In this document: one piece after another, positions 30,665 through 40,050 of the stretch
How the letters are laid out: each line of letters starts with the position of its first letter
Numbering within the stretch: position 1 is the stretch's first letter
NCBI GenBank assembly: GCA_039630055.1
Contig: JBCNVN010000001.1
Location: forward strand, 75,410-139,409
Direction of reading: 5' to 3'
Length of the DNA: 64,000 nucleotides
From: Candidatus Caldarchaeales archaeon
GTDB lineage: Archaea; Thermoproteota; Nitrososphaeria_A; Caldarchaeales; Wolframiiraptoraceae
The notes under the pieces: model-generated
Databases searched by the model: none
What the model saw: only the letters and a program-made list of their open reading frames with translations
What the model was told of the DNA's origin: nothing
Made by a program: the position numbers and the translations under genes

Positions 30665-31615
30665 CTATATGCTGATCAGCATCAGCAGATTTACGATGTG
30701 TGAAATAAAGTAAACTATTAGTATTACGAGTGCAGCCGATGTACCGCTCAATCTTCTACCGAAGGCCGTTAGAGCTATGATGAATGGAAGAGATATTGCT
30801 TGAGCTACCGTCATGTATAAATCTCTTATCTGGTAGAATCCCGGTTCACTGGGCTTGGGGATCAAGTTGAGCTGGAAAAATCTATCTAAAGCTAAGATGC
30901 CTGGATAGAATACTAAGGGAAGTACTGCAATAAATAATGACAAGATAAATTTTATTTCATCCTCAAGAGAACTCCATGCAACATCTCTAATCCTATCGAG
31001 AACCTTCCCCTCTCTTAAATGAAACAGTCTACCCGAGAATATTATAGAGATAAACGTTATCAATAAATATAGTATAAGGATGTTGAAGAAATATTTTCCA
31101 GTGATCTCTATAATGTTAGGCTGAGAACTGTACATATGGAGTATTAATGGAGATGTTCTACTATATATCATCAAGGTTAAACTTACTAAGACTGAGAGGG
31201 TTGGAACAACTATTCTCAAACCTGTACTTTGATATATTGGAGAAAATAACCATATAGGAAAGAAAACATCATTGATGATTGTAGTAATCTTGCTAGGAGT
31301 TCTTGGTCTAAAAATATCTGGAGAGATGACCCCTCCCTCTTTCAATATCTTATATACTCTTTCCCCCTCTTCTGTTAAGACATAGTTTCTATCTTGGTCT
31401 TGAGCTACGAAATCTTTAAGTTGCCTGAGATTGTAATAGAGAGATCCTGTACTTATGTTGAGAGCATCTCTTAGAGATGTGGCACTGATCTTTCCAGCGT
31501 TCCCTATGGCCAACAAGATCTTCCTCCTAGTCCTCTGTCTAAGAAGCCAGACTAGTTCATCTTCACTACTAAATCTTATGGTCTCTGAAGGCAAACTAAT
31601 CTCCTCTCTGAACAT
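30665..31615 (-). CDS. membrane-anchored winged-HTH (ArsR-like) regulator
   Basis: 316 aa. N-terminal 'RRKILLAIGNAGKISATSLRDALNISTGSLYYNLRQL' wHTH, followed by about 6 TM helices. Confidence 0.4.
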   Translation of the reverse strand: MFREEISLPSETIRFSSEDELVWLLRQRTRRKILLAIGNAGKISATSLRDALNISTGSLYYNLRQLKDFVAQDQDRNYVLTEEGERVYKILKEGGVISPDIFRPRTPSKITTIINDVFFPIWLFSPIYQSTGLRIVVPTLSVLVSLTLMIYSRTSPLILHMYSSQPNIIEITGKYFFNILILYLLITFISIIFSGRLFHLREGKVLDRIRDVAWSSLEDEIKFILSLFIAVLPLVFYPGILALDRFFQLNLIPKPSEPGFYQIRDLYMTVAQAISLPFIIALTAFGRRLSGTSAALVILIVYFISHIVNLLMLISI

Positions 31616-31733
31616 GAAGATAGACAGTAAATTTTAAACTTGTCTCCTCAATAAACATGACTAGGATTTATTTCTTAAGTTAAATATATCTTTTTCGAGT
31701 AATATTACTAGAGTTTAGAGGTTTCGGAATAGA

Positions 31734-32309
31734 ATGGATTGGGTTGAAGATAGTGTTGTATTTAGAGGGGCTATTAGGAGGAGTGGTAATAGTCTTGTCA
31801 TAACTATTCCAGCAGAACTCTCCCAGAGACTTCTTCTAAGAGAAGGGCAAGACTTCATCATATATGGTATAGGGAGAAGGAGGCCTGATTTCGAGGGAGG
31901 GCTCCAAGTATATCTAGGATACTTTATAGTTAATGAGAAAGTTCCTGTTATGAGATTCAAGATTGACATAAACGGTGGGAGCCTTGAAAAGCTTATCCCA
32001 TTGATAAGAGAGATAAGAGATACTTACTCTCTATCGGACATAAGGTATAGACAGCTGGATAGTAAGACGATAGAGGTTGAACTATTCTTCGGAGCAATAA
32101 GTGAGAAAGGGATTACCAGGTTGAAGACAAGGGAAGAAATAGAAGATGCTGCCTCATCTATAGAGTTTAAATTAAGGCTTGAAGGTTTTAAGATCCTGGA
32201 GAAAGAACTAGTAGACAAGATAATAGAATGGAGGAGTATTGATCCATCTATTATATCGAGAGCACCTTACAAGATTACTGAGATAGTGAGGTGGCGGTGG
32301 GAGATCTAA
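31734..32309 (+). CDS. AbrB/SpoVT-like swapped-hairpin domain protein with unknown C-terminal domain
   Basis: 191 aa. N-terminal 'IRRSGNSLVITIPAELSQRL' looped-hinge helix motif. Confidence 0.35.
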   Translation: MDWVEDSVVFRGAIRRSGNSLVITIPAELSQRLLLREGQDFIIYGIGRRRPDFEGGLQVYLGYFIVNEKVPVMRFKIDINGGSLEKLIPLIREIRDTYSLSDIRYRQLDSKTIEVELFFGAISEKGITRLKTREEIEDAASSIEFKLRLEGFKILEKELVDKIIEWRSIDPSIISRAPYKITEIVRWRWEI

Positions 32310-32351
32310 AATTATCTAAAAGTAACTCCTATCTAATCTTGAAAGATAGAG

Positions 32352-33656
32352 GTGGTAGGTATAGAGTTAATTGCAGATCTACATATCCATAGTAAATATT
32401 CAGGAGCTACCTCTCAGAGGATGAATATTGCTGAGTTGGTAGAGTTTGCCAAGATGAAGGGATTGAATATTCTAGGTACAGGTGATGCACTCCATCCTCA
32501 ATGGGTTAAAGAACTTACAAGAGAGCTAAACTACATCGGTGATGGATTATATTCATCGAATAACGGTAAGGTATACTTTATAGCACAAGTTGAAGTAGCT
32601 ACGATACATAAGTTCAACGGTAAATCAAGGCGGATACATCATGTAATACTGATGCCCAGTTTAGAAGTAGCAATACAGCTGTCAGATGTCTTGAAGAACT
32701 ATGGAGACAATCAGTCTGATGGTCGACCTATCTTAAACATCGAACCAGCTGAACTGGTAGAGAAAGTGATAGAATTGGAGAGGTCAAATATTGTCTTTCC
32801 TGCTCATGCTTGGACCCCATGGTGGAGCATGCTTGGAGCATTCAGTGGTGTAGACAATATTAAAGAATGTTATGGAGATATGGTTAAGTATATTTATGCT
32901 ATAGAGACTGGTCTAAGTAGTGACCCACCTATGAACTGGAGAGTTAGCTGGCTTGATGACTATACTCTATTAAGCTTTAGTGACTCCCACAGTCCTTACC
33001 CATATAGAATCGGGAGAGAAGCAGTAGTATTCAATCTATCTAAACCAAGTTATAGAGAGATATTTGAAGCTATAAAGAATAAAGATCCAGAAAAGATTCT
33101 GATGACTATTGAAGTTCCACCAGAATATGGAAAATATCATTGGAGCGGTCATAGAAACTGTAACTTTGGACCGGTAGAACCTAGAGAAGCTAGGAGACTC
33201 AATTATGTATGTCCCGTATGTAGAAAGAAGCTTACGAAAGGAGTAGATGATCGTGTAGAAGAGCTTGCAGATAGACCTAGAAACCATATGCCGGATAAGC
33301 GTATAAATTATGTACATCTTATACCACTACAAGAGTTGATAGCATTAAGTATGGGTCTAGAAGTGGAAAACGAGTCCAAGCTTAACAGTGTTAAAGTATG
33401 GAGGGAATATGAGAAGTTGGTTAAGATATTCAGAAACGAGTTTAATATATTATTGAAAGTCCCAGAAGAAGAGATAGGAAAGGTTGCTGGTATCAAGCTT
33501 GCCAGAATAATCTCGATTATGAGGGAGAAGAAGGTTAAGATTAAGCCAGGGTATGATGGAGTCTATGGACGGATCATCATAGATGAAGAAGATAGTAAGG
33601 AAGAATATATGAAGATCAAAAGCCTTGAAGACTACATTAAAGATAATGGGGAATAG
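32352..33656 (+). CDS. PHP-domain metal-dependent phosphoesterase with C-terminal Zn ribbon
   Basis: 434 aa. 'ADLHIHSKYSGATS' PHP motif 1 and 'CPVCRKK' ribbon. Resembles the archaeal stand-alone PHP protein family. Confidence 0.55.
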   Translation: MVGIELIADLHIHSKYSGATSQRMNIAELVEFAKMKGLNILGTGDALHPQWVKELTRELNYIGDGLYSSNNGKVYFIAQVEVATIHKFNGKSRRIHHVILMPSLEVAIQLSDVLKNYGDNQSDGRPILNIEPAELVEKVIELERSNIVFPAHAWTPWWSMLGAFSGVDNIKECYGDMVKYIYAIETGLSSDPPMNWRVSWLDDYTLLSFSDSHSPYPYRIGREAVVFNLSKPSYREIFEAIKNKDPEKILMTIEVPPEYGKYHWSGHRNCNFGPVEPREARRLNYVCPVCRKKLTKGVDDRVEELADRPRNHMPDKRINYVHLIPLQELIALSMGLEVENESKLNSVKVWREYEKLVKIFRNEFNILLKVPEEEIGKVAGIKLARIISIMREKKVKIKPGYDGVYGRIIIDEEDSKEEYMKIKSLEDYIKDNGE

Positions 33657-33868
33657 ATAGAATGAATTGTGTTAGTGAAGATCAGAGGATAGTGAGAGAA
33701 ATGGGGAGACAGACCTACAATCTTATCACCATGGTAGGAGACAATGTATCTTAACAAGGCAAGCGATTTTATAACAAGCCTACAAATATCACTATGTACA
33801 GACCAACAAAATGCGAATCTAATTATAATTCTTAAGAATTTTAAGAATTACAGTTTGTAAGAATTTAG

Positions 33869-33956
33869 AGCCCCGGGCGGGATTTGAACCCGCGACCTGC
33901 GGCTTTCTTGACTTGTATTTACAAGGCCGCCGCTCTACCCGCTGAGCTACCGGGGC
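33869..33956 (-). tRNA. tRNA-Thr (anticodon UGU) with 15-nt intron at the canonical 37/38 position
   Basis: Reverse complement GCCCCGG-TA-GCTC-AGCGGGTA-GAGC-G-GCGGC-CUUGUA[intron AUACAAGUCAAGAAA]A-GCCGC-AGGUC-GCGGG-UUCAAAU-CCCGC-CCGGGGC-U. Perfect acceptor, D, anticodon and T stems. No encoded CCA. Confidence 0.85.
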
Positions 33957-34168
33957 CAGCCTTATTTGACACATCCCTTGATATATGTTTTTACTCATTC
34001 TAGTTAACCGTCTATGTTAACCATTAATTATATCGTTATTAGAGATCTGTAAGATTCTTTGGAGTTATCATTTATAGAAGTTGATGAATCGAGTGTAGTG
34101 GTCTCTCATAGTGGGAGTTTCTAGACGACTAAGATAGTTTTATTATGGTTTTTAGGCTTATTCTATAG

Positions 34169-34906
34169 ATGTTTGAGGTCGTAATCGTTATTCCTACATA
34201 TAATGAGGCTGAGAATGTTAAGAAGATTATTCCAAGCTTGGCAGATATTTTGGAGAAGGCTGGATGGAAAGCAATGGTATTGGTTGTCGATGATTCAAGC
34301 CCAGATGGTACCGCTGAGGTTGTTGAAGAGATCTCAAAAAAGATTGAAGGTGTTAAGATCTTGAAGAGGCCTCGAAAGCTTGGTTTAGGCTCTGCCTACA
34401 TAGATGGATTCAAGTATGTTATTGAGAAGATGGATTCTGTAAAGTATGTATGTGAGATGGATGCAGATGGTAGCCACCCCCCTGAGATTATGCCCAGCAT
34501 GCTCGAGATAGCTGAGGAGGGGGGATACGATGTGGTTATAGCCTCTAGATATATTGAGGGTGGAAGATGGGGGGAGGGAACTATTATTAGGAGGTTGATT
34601 AGCAAGGGGGCAAACTTTTTGGGAAGAGTCTCTACAGGTTTGAAGGTTAGAGACATAACATCTGGATACAGAGTGATAAGGTTAAACACATTGAAGAAGG
34701 TTGTTGATAGTCTTACCGAGCTCCACTCAGGATACGTATTCCAAGTAGAGCTACTATACCTACTCCATAAGGTTGAAGCTAAGATAACTGAGTATCCACT
34801 AATATTTAGACCTAGGCTACATGGTAGATCGAAGCTCGGGAAGTCCGAGATCATCTCATTCGCTTCATGGTGTATAAAGAAGCTTTTTGGGAGGATATTT
34901 TCATGA
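34169..34906 (+). CDS. GT2-family glycosyltransferase, dolichyl-phosphate mannose synthase-like
   Basis: 245 aa. 'VVIVIPTYNEAENV', 'VLVVDDSSPDGT', 'MDADGSHPP' (DXD-type) motifs. Confidence 0.75.
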   Translation: MFEVVIVIPTYNEAENVKKIIPSLADILEKAGWKAMVLVVDDSSPDGTAEVVEEISKKIEGVKILKRPRKLGLGSAYIDGFKYVIEKMDSVKYVCEMDADGSHPPEIMPSMLEIAEEGGYDVVIASRYIEGGRWGEGTIIRRLISKGANFLGRVSTGLKVRDITSGYRVIRLNTLKKVVDSLTELHSGYVFQVELLYLLHKVEAKITEYPLIFRPRLHGRSKLGKSEIISFASWCIKKLFGRIFS

Positions 34907-35889
34907 AGAAGCTTAGAGATCTGGGAGAGAGATCATTAATAAAATACATTAACTCGACTCTGAAGAGGTTTCCCGGATCTATTTTACCTGTAGGTGATGA
35001 TGCAGTCGATATGTTAATTCAAGGCAGATTTTTGGTCTCGGTAGATATGATGGTCCAAAGTACGGATATTCCAGAAGGAGTAGGTTGGAGGGTAGTAGGA
35101 TATAGGGCTGTGACAAGCACTACGAGCGATATAGCTGCAAAAGGGGGAAGACCGAAAGCATATCTCATATCTATGGCGCTTCCACCAAATATGGATGAAG
35201 AAGATTTTAAAGATCTTTGGAGTGGAATCTTGGAAGCTGTAGAGCAGTATGGAGGGATCGTGGTTGGAGGAGATACGAATGAAGGAGACCAGGTATTAAT
35301 CGATGTAATCTGTATAGGAGAAGTACCAGGAAAGTTAATTACTAGAAGTGGTGCTAAGCCTGGAGATATAGTTGCGGTGACAGGTCTCTTCGGAGTGGAA
35401 GCTGCAGGATTACATGCTTTGATTAATAAGGTGAAGAATGATGTCTCTAGAAGGGTTGTCGATAAGATGTTGAAACCGGTTGCAAGAGTTAGAGAGGGTG
35501 AGGTTCTATCTAAGTTAGCAACATCCTCGATAGATTCAAGTGATGGTCTCGCTGAATCATTGTTCTTATTAGGTGAATCGAGTAACGTGGGATTTAGAAT
35601 AGATAATCCTCCTATAGATCCGCTTGCTGAAGAGTATTCGAGAGAATGTAGGGTAGACCTACTGGAGTTGGTTTTCTTCGGGGGAGAAGAATACGAGCTA
35701 GTTGTAACTATTAGTCCAGAGAATTGGGATAAAGCATGTAAAGATATTGAAGATCTGGGTGGAAGGCTCATCAAGATAGGCCATGTGATAGATGCTCCAA
35801 ACATCGTAGAGGTCTTATGGAACGATGAATACATTAGACTGCCTAGAAGAGGGTATGCTCATTTTACAGATCGAGCTCTACCAAGATAG
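34903..35889 (+). CDS. thiL: thiamine-monophosphate kinase
   Basis: AIR-synthase-related fold. 'MKKLRDLGERSLIKYI', 'VGDDAV', 'GGDTNEGD'. Start chosen at 34903, which forms an ATGA overlap with the upstream GT2 gene. Confidence 0.7.
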   Translation: MKKLRDLGERSLIKYINSTLKRFPGSILPVGDDAVDMLIQGRFLVSVDMMVQSTDIPEGVGWRVVGYRAVTSTTSDIAAKGGRPKAYLISMALPPNMDEEDFKDLWSGILEAVEQYGGIVVGGDTNEGDQVLIDVICIGEVPGKLITRSGAKPGDIVAVTGLFGVEAAGLHALINKVKNDVSRRVVDKMLKPVARVREGEVLSKLATSSIDSSDGLAESLFLLGESSNVGFRIDNPPIDPLAEEYSRECRVDLLELVFFGGEEYELVVTISPENWDKACKDIEDLGGRLIKIGHVIDAPNIVEVLWNDEYIRLPRRGYAHFTDRALPR

Positions 35890-36398
35890 AGGTATTTATA
35901 GTATAAGAGTGCGAGGAAGGTTTTCCCATCGACCTCCCCACCTCTCACCAACTCTCTAATCGCTTCATCTACATCCATCTCGACTAAAATTATCTCTTCA
36001 TCCTCCTCTAACCTTTGCGACATCTTCACTAGCCCCGATGCTAAATATAGGTGGATATATTCTGTGGAGTATCCAGGGCTTGGAGTCATCGTCAAGATCT
36101 TCTCTAATATTCTTGCTCTGTATCCGGTCTCCTCTTCTAGCTCTCTTAGAGCGCATTCCTCTGGAGATTCATTCTCTTTTAATGTTCCAGCGGGGATCTC
36201 GATGATCCACTTGTCCAAAGGATATCTGTACTGTCTGATAAGAATAACTGTATTGTCTTTTATTATCGGAAGAACCGCGACGGCTCCAGGATGTTCTACA
36301 ACCTCTCTCACCTTCACTACATCGTCCTCAATTATATCAACCCTCAAATTTACCACTCTACCACTATATATCCGTCTACTCTCTTTTACCTCTACCAT
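35859..36398 (-). CDS. NUDIX hydrolase (ADP-ribose pyrophosphatase-like)
   Basis: 179 aa. Nudix box 'GTLKENESPEECALRELEEETGY'. Confidence 0.75.
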   Translation of the reverse strand: MVEVKESRRIYSGRVVNLRVDIIEDDVVKVREVVEHPGAVAVLPIIKDNTVILIRQYRYPLDKWIIEIPAGTLKENESPEECALRELEEETGYRARILEKILTMTPSPGYSTEYIHLYLASGLVKMSQRLEEDEEIILVEMDVDEAIRELVRGGEVDGKTFLALLYYKYLYLGRARSVK

Positions 36399-36456
36399 TT
36401 TGTTGAATAATATTATATGCTATGCCAAAAAGATTAACAGTCGGCTCGTATATGAT

Positions 36457-37557
36457 ATGCTTATGAAGGTTAGGGAATTATTTAGCTATTTTAAACCATA
36501 TGAATGGGAGACACCTGACTGGAAGATAGCTGAAGAGTATAATCTTAAGCTTGACCAGATCATTAGAATGGATCTGAATACTTCTCCATACCTCCCTCAA
36601 AAATGGTTGAAGAATCTAGAATCGAAGATTAAGATGATGAAGATAAATGGTTATCCTGATGCTACCTATCGAGAGCTTGTAAACGAGATATCAAACTATG
36701 TTGGAGTGAGGTCTGATAAGATAATACCTACCAATGGTGCAGATGAAGCTATCGATATAATAGTGAGGACATTTGTGGACTCTGGCTCTGAAGTAATATT
36801 GTCATCTCCAACTTACGACTATTTTAGAGTCTCAGTAGAGCTTCAAGGTGGCAGGATAATAAATATACAGAGAAAGAATGATTTCAAGGATGACGTAGAT
36901 AGAATAATCTCATCGATCACTGATAAGATTAGGGCCATATTCTTATGTAGTCCAAACAATCCAACCGGAAACACCATCGAGTATAATGATATTGTTAGGA
37001 TCCTCGATGAAGTTACAGATACAGCGGTAATAGTTGATGAAGCATACTATGAGTATTCTGGAAGAACCTTTATCGAGCTTACAGATTCCTATGATAACCT
37101 CATAATTATTAGAACCTTATCTAAAGCCTTCGGACTAGCTGGTGCGAGAATCGGATACATAGTCGCATCAAGAGAGACTGCTAAATTGATAAGTAAAGTT
37201 AGACCTCCTAATAGTCTAAGCATCCCATCTATTGAATTGGCGATAATAGCATTAAAAGACTCGGAGACAGTTATAAGAAATGCTAGAAAGATTGTAAAGG
37301 AGAGGGAAAGGGTTAGAGAGCTTCTATCAGCTCTTCCCAAATTGAAGGTCTACCCATCAGAAGCAAACTTCATATTATTCAAGCTGGTTAGAGGTAACCC
37401 GAAAAATCTTCATAGAAGATTGATGGAGAGAGGGATCATCATAAGAGACTTAGATCATGTCCCCGGCCTCCAATCACATTTTAGAGTAACAGTCTCTGTA
37501 CCAGAAAACAATAATAGGTTCTTAAAACTACTTGAGAAATTACTTGAAGAAGTATAG
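36457..37557 (+). CDS. hisC: class I/II PLP aminotransferase, histidinol-phosphate aminotransferase-like
   Basis: About 366 aa from the internal Met. 'PTNGADEAIDII', 'SPNNPTGN', 'RTLSKAFGLAGARIGY' (PLP Lys). The upstream part of the track ORF overlaps the NUDIX gene antisense and was trimmed. Confidence 0.7.
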   Translation: MLMKVRELFSYFKPYEWETPDWKIAEEYNLKLDQIIRMDLNTSPYLPQKWLKNLESKIKMMKINGYPDATYRELVNEISNYVGVRSDKIIPTNGADEAIDIIVRTFVDSGSEVILSSPTYDYFRVSVELQGGRIINIQRKNDFKDDVDRIISSITDKIRAIFLCSPNNPTGNTIEYNDIVRILDEVTDTAVIVDEAYYEYSGRTFIELTDSYDNLIIIRTLSKAFGLAGARIGYIVASRETAKLISKVRPPNSLSIPSIELAIIALKDSETVIRNARKIVKERERVRELLSALPKLKVYPSEANFILFKLVRGNPKNLHRRLMERGIIIRDLDHVPGLQSHFRVTVSVPENNNRFLKLLEKLLEEV

Positions 37558-37712
37558 ATAGATGGATCTGGTAAGATATAGATAGTTTCAACAAATCTTT
37601 AATCTTCATACTGTTTCATAGTGAACCCTGGAAGAGGCGAGTATCAGGAAATCCAGTAATAGTTTCTTCGAAAAATTAGAAATTAGCTTTATGAGTATTA
37701 TGGGATGGATCT

Positions 37713-37730
37713 TCTTCTAGATCTAGAAGA
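37713..37730. repeat. 18-bp perfect palindrome TCTTCTAGATCTAGAAGA
   Basis: Read directly from the sequence. Lies in the 430-bp intergenic region between the aminotransferase gene and the tRNA cluster. Confidence 0.6.
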
Positions 37731-37988
37731 GGGTTGTAACTTTGATTACTTACCAGGTCTCTCTGGTTCGGAGTAGACAATATAGGCTAAAACAGTGAAG
37801 ATTAAATCTACTGAGATAGAATTATATTTTATCTATATCGTGACCCGGCTCAAGTTGAAGACTCCATGTTATATAGAAATAAACTTGATGAAGTAATCTA
37901 TAGATCAACCTCTAAATATTAGGAGCACACACTCCAAGATGTGAGAGAACAATAGGTGATGATAATCTCAAAGATTGATAAATAGAAG

Positions 37989-38086
37989 GGGCCTGTAGCT
38001 CAGCATGGATAGAGCGCCGGATAAGCTTTAACGCTTAGGTGAGCCTGCGGAGCCGAAGGTCGGGGGTTCAAGTCCCCCCAGGCCCA
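37989..38086 (+). tRNA. intron-containing tRNA, isotype unresolved
   Basis: Clear acceptor (GGGCCUG/CAGGCCC-A), D-arm (GCUC/GAGC), variable loop AGGUC and T-arm (GGGGG-UUCAAGU-CCCCC). The 40 nt between the D and T regions cannot be reduced to a 5-7-5 anticodon arm by removing one contiguous intron. Confidence 0.55.
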
Positions 38087-38176
38087 TAATAGAATAATAA
38101 TCTCATGAATAACTATCTTGGAATATTTTTGTTCTATCGAGGCAAGAATTGGTAGAATAGTATTCTTTGAGATTTA

Positions 38177-38269
38177 TGGGGCCGCTGGGATTTGAACCCA
38201 GGACCTCGCGGGTTCCCGTAGATTGTATAGCCCGAGCCGCGTATCATAACCATGCTAGACCACGGCCCC
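38177..38269 (-). tRNA. tRNA-Pro (anticodon CGG) with 18-nt intron after position 37
   Basis: Reverse complement GGGGCCG-UG-GUCU...UGAU-A-CGCGG-CUCGGG[intron CUAUACAAUCUACGGGAA]C-CCGCG-AGGUC-CUGGG-UUCAAAU-CCCAG-CGGCCCC-A. D-stem has only 3 bp including a G-U. Confidence 0.65.
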
Positions 38270-38509
38270 TTCTTAGATTGAGCTCAAGTTAGGTTATAAA
38301 TTTTAATTATCACATGATTAGATTCTCCAATTATAATATGGAGAATAACATTATATTGTAATTATCCTTATATGTGAACGGGGAACTAATTATCTAGAGT
38401 CGGTATGGTCTCACTATATAAAAGATTCATAGAGGCTTGTATCTCTATCTGGAGGCATGGTTCTTAGGAAGGAAAATGAAAACGGCTAAGTCTCTAGTAT
38501 CGTCTCCCA

Positions 38510-38968
38510 CTAATCCTTAGGCATCCGCTTTAATTCATCCAGAGCTATAAGCGATTCTTTAACGTGTTTTCCAGGCATAACCCCTGATATAATCTTTCTT
38601 ATGATCCCATTCTCATCTATGACGAATGTCTTCCGCTGAGATCTTCCTCCAAAACCTAGTGCACCATATTTCTTCGAAACCATGCCATCAGTATCACTGA
38701 GAAGTAGATGGGTTAACCGATACTTATCAGCAAATCGGTTATGGCTATCTATCCCGTCTACGCTAATACCTATAGCAACTGCTCCTCTCTTCTCAAACTC
38801 TTCAATGTTATCTCTTATCAGACAGTTCTCACGAGTACAACCTGGAGTATCATCTTTAGGGTAGAAGAAGAGAACAACTGGTCTCCCTAACATCGATGAC
38901 AGCTTGAAACGATCTCCCTTATGTGATATGAGCTCGAAATCTGGAGCCTTATCACCTTCCTTAACCAT
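38510..38968 (-). CDS. bcp: peroxiredoxin, Bcp (thiol peroxidase) family
   Basis: 152 aa. 'VVLFFYPKDDTPGCTRENC' with peroxidatic and resolving Cys. Confidence 0.85.
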   Translation of the reverse strand: MVKEGDKAPDFELISHKGDRFKLSSMLGRPVVLFFYPKDDTPGCTRENCLIRDNIEEFEKRGAVAIGISVDGIDSHNRFADKYRLTHLLLSDTDGMVSKKYGALGFGGRSQRKTFVIDENGIIRKIISGVMPGKHVKESLIALDELKRMPKD

Positions 38969-39285
38969 ACTATTCCGAGAATCGATGAATAATTTATTTA
39001 TTTCTAGTTTACCAGTATTTTTAGTGGATTACGTCAAATTTTATATTCTATTAATGGTTGTTGAAGCTTCTTTCCCATATCATAATGCAGGTGAAATTAT
39101 GATTTAGCCGCCGATGGTATAGTCTCATACGGATCAGTGGAGTGTATTAACATCTACTTACAATTTCAAGAATAAAATTGCATCAATATATTTAGTTTAA
39201 GTAGCTTGAGCAAATTTTTTAAGAAGATGTTATCTTAAGCTTTAATCTTTAGTATTTATCCTATTTTTTTGATGTTGGAGTATTT

Positions 39286-39294
39286 TCTTTAAAA
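39286..39294 (+). promoter_or_regulatory. putative TATA box for sod
   Basis: 'TCTTTAAAA' about 31 nt upstream of the sod ATG, within the 350-bp bcp/sod divergent intergenic region. Confidence 0.3.
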
Positions 39295-39321
39295 CGGCGT
39301 TATAACATAAAATGAAAAGAT

Positions 39322-39930
39322 ATGGTAAAGAAATATGAGCTTCCACCTCTTCCGTATAGCTATAATGCATTAGAACCAGTAATAATAGAAGAGATAATGA
39401 GGCTTCACCACACAAAGCATCATCAAGCATATGTTACGGGGGCCAACACTGCACTAGAGAGATTGGAAAAAAATAGGAAAGGAGAGAACCCTGAAAATAT
39501 AAGAGGAATACTAAGAGACTTAAGTTTTAATCTAAGTGGACATAAATTGCATACTGTATTCTGGCATAACATGGCTTCTCCTGGAAAGGGTGGTGGGAAA
39601 CCTGGAGGTCGGATAGCCGACCAGATAGAGACAGACTTTGGAGGATTTGATTCATTCAAGAAACAATTCAGTGATGCGGCTAAGAACGTTGAAGCCGTAG
39701 GGTGGGCAGTATTAACATACGACCAAGAGATCGACTCCTTGGTGATATACCAAGTAGAGAAGCAGAACTTTATGCATCCTCCAAACTTGCCACTGATTCT
39801 AACTTTAGATGTATGGGAGCATGCATACTATCTACAGTATAAGAATGATAGAGCAAGCTATGTTGATAGTTGGTGGCAAGTGGTAAACTGGGATGATGTA
39901 GAGAAGAGATTCAACAAAGTAAAAATTTAA
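39322..39930 (+). CDS. sod: Fe/Mn superoxide dismutase
   Basis: 202 aa. 'HHTKHHQAYV', 'FGSGWAW'-type 'VGWAVL', 'DVWEHAYY' metal-ligand motifs. Confidence 0.9.
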   Translation: MVKKYELPPLPYSYNALEPVIIEEIMRLHHTKHHQAYVTGANTALERLEKNRKGENPENIRGILRDLSFNLSGHKLHTVFWHNMASPGKGGGKPGGRIADQIETDFGGFDSFKKQFSDAAKNVEAVGWAVLTYDQEIDSLVIYQVEKQNFMHPPNLPLILTLDVWEHAYYLQYKNDRASYVDSWWQVVNWDDVEKRFNKVKI

Positions 39931-40050
39931 TTGGAAAGTCCGCTGTTGGCTCAGCTCACTTGAAATCCACCAGACTTAAACAATTTTTTATTAAAGTCTT
40001 CCTAAGATTCAATACGTTAAAATTTCTCTCAGATCCGAGATAGATGTTCG

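Noticed and set aside
35019-35834. 271-aa minus-strand ORF inside thiL
   Set aside because: It is an antisense shadow of thiL, which has clear AIR-synthase-family motifs. Its translation is Ser/Thr/Pro-rich and low-complexity.
36064-36456. N-terminal 131 codons of the 497-aa track ORF preceding the aminotransferase
   Set aside because: This part overlaps the NUDIX gene on the opposite strand and has a hydrophobic, low-complexity translation. The aminotransferase homology begins at the internal Met at 36457.
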